Shown: piece by piece, positions 63,701 through 64,000 of the stretch
Numbering within the stretch: the first letter of the stretch is position 1
Layout of the letters: every line of letters begins with the position of its first letter
Assembly: GCA_050273025.1 (NCBI GenBank)
Contig: CP158635.1
Span: 19,158,001 to 19,222,000 of the forward strand
Direction of reading: 5' to 3'
DNA from: Cenococcum geophilum
Lineage: Eukaryota
DNA length: 64,000 bases
Notes under the pieces: model-generated
What the model was told of the DNA's origin: nothing
The model's input: the letters and a program-made list of their open reading frames with translations, nothing else
The model's database searches: none
Position numbers and translations under genes: made by a program

Positions 63701-64000
63701 GGTTAGCCTAATTATATACTACTTTCCCTAGCTAAACAATATATAGCTAGATTACTTACTATAATCTAGCTAGCATTACTAATACTAATTCTATACTTAT
63801 ATCTTTAATTTAACCTAAGATATTACCTATTTTCTATTTATTAGTTAGAGCACTTCTATACTTTAAGTAATATTATTTTTTAAGCTTACTTTAGTGCTAA
63901 AGTTAAAATCCTATATATAAGCTAGGGGACTATTTTCATAGGTATAGCAAGTACGTATACTATAGCTTTATTTACTATAACGGAGATAATATTAATATAT

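Overview
Filamentous-ascomycete DNA (Dothideomycete-like by inference) with a two-compartment layout. A CpA/TpG-depleted, TpA-rich block destroyed by repeat-induced point mutation (RIP) covers about 1-13,700. A compact island of eight intact intron-containing genes follows (about 13,970-35,835): POP5, BUB3, GPN2, CHMP7/CHM7, NYV1/VAMP7, a URA2/pyrABCN-type GATase-CPSase-ATCase, a Yvc1-like TRP channel and a GH15 glucoamylase. A second RIP block runs from 36,876 to 64,000. Main observations: (1) the URA2-type protein (about 1,842 aa) keeps its catalytic motifs but entirely lacks the pseudo-dihydroorotase domain. (2) A 13.4-kb inversion (36,876-50,232) can be reconstructed at base resolution. 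It cuts through a nested set (Copia inside chromodomain Gypsy inside a Myb-domain gene) and carries a short un-RIPed promoter into the repeat block. (3) Two non-LTR retroposons sit head-to-head with tails outward inside the Gypsy. (4) Local C-rich to G-rich skew flips recur in the gene island. (5) RIP-killed Myb and kinase genes may be cargo of a large duplicated or mobile unit. Motif calls in RIP regions come from reversing C>T/G>A changes by eye, so internal boundaries there are approximate.
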